A stretch of DNA of 64,000 nucleotides, taken from contig CM060731.1 of assembly GCA_030704615.1 (NCBI GenBank), positions 33,232,001 to 33,296,000 of the forward strand. The letters are read 5' to 3'. Positions 63,720 through 64,000 of this stretch are shown piece by piece (the first letter of the stretch is position 1; every line of letters starts with the position of its first letter). This stretch comes from Takakia lepidozioides. Taxonomy: Eukaryota; Plantae; Bryophyta. Made by a program: the position numbers and the translations under genes. The notes below the pieces were generated by a model. It did not search any database. It saw only the letters and a list, made by a program, of their open reading frames with translations, and was not told the origin of the DNA.

Positions 63720-64000
63720 GACGATGGAGTACCTCATGCAGATAGGCTGCTAAGCACTTTGGGTCCCATAGCTGAACGCCCTCATAGAAATGAAATGATA
63801 TGGTACTTTATAACGTCCGTGGAGAGAGAGGAGAAAAGAAGAAAGAAAATGAAATGAAATAAAATGGTGCTCCAAAAAGAAATGAAAAGAAATGATACTT
63901 TATAACGTCCGTGGAGAGCTCACAGAGCTGATGGGACAAAAGGGAAAACAGGAAAGAAGAGACAAAACCATAGCCAAAAGCAGCCCAAAAGCAACTACTG
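63720..64000 (-). mobile_element. RTEX-like family B 3' fragments, minus strand
   Basis: GAAATGAAATG..TTTATAACGTCCGTGGAGAGCTCACAGAGCTGATGGGAC. Confidence 0.75.

Overview
Eukaryotic nuclear DNA with spliceosomal GT-AG introns, most consistent with a non-seed streptophyte plant (inference from the TE and gene families, not proven). The first ~29 kb is transposon-dense. It holds a decayed Ty3/gypsy gag fragment running off the left edge and tRNA-derived SINE heads. It also holds a complete-ended 12.4-kb Mutator-like element (4753-17137; ~350-380-bp TIRs, perfect 9-bp TSD GTGAATTGA) carrying a spliced DDE/SWIM transposase and an antisense Ulp1-protease gene. A degenerate Ty3/gypsy retrotransposon (~18690-24330, minus strand) carries a DNMT3-like cytosine-5 methyltransferase domain between its protease and reverse transcriptase; this is the most notable feature. 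From ~30.4 kb to the right edge lies one long multi-exon host gene for a UBR-box/RING N-recognin E3 ligase (UBR/PRT6 family). Its introns are filled by two non-LTR retrotransposon families, one of them RTEX-like with a (CATTT)n tail, that form nested and head-to-tail arrays with recurrent 5' breakpoints.
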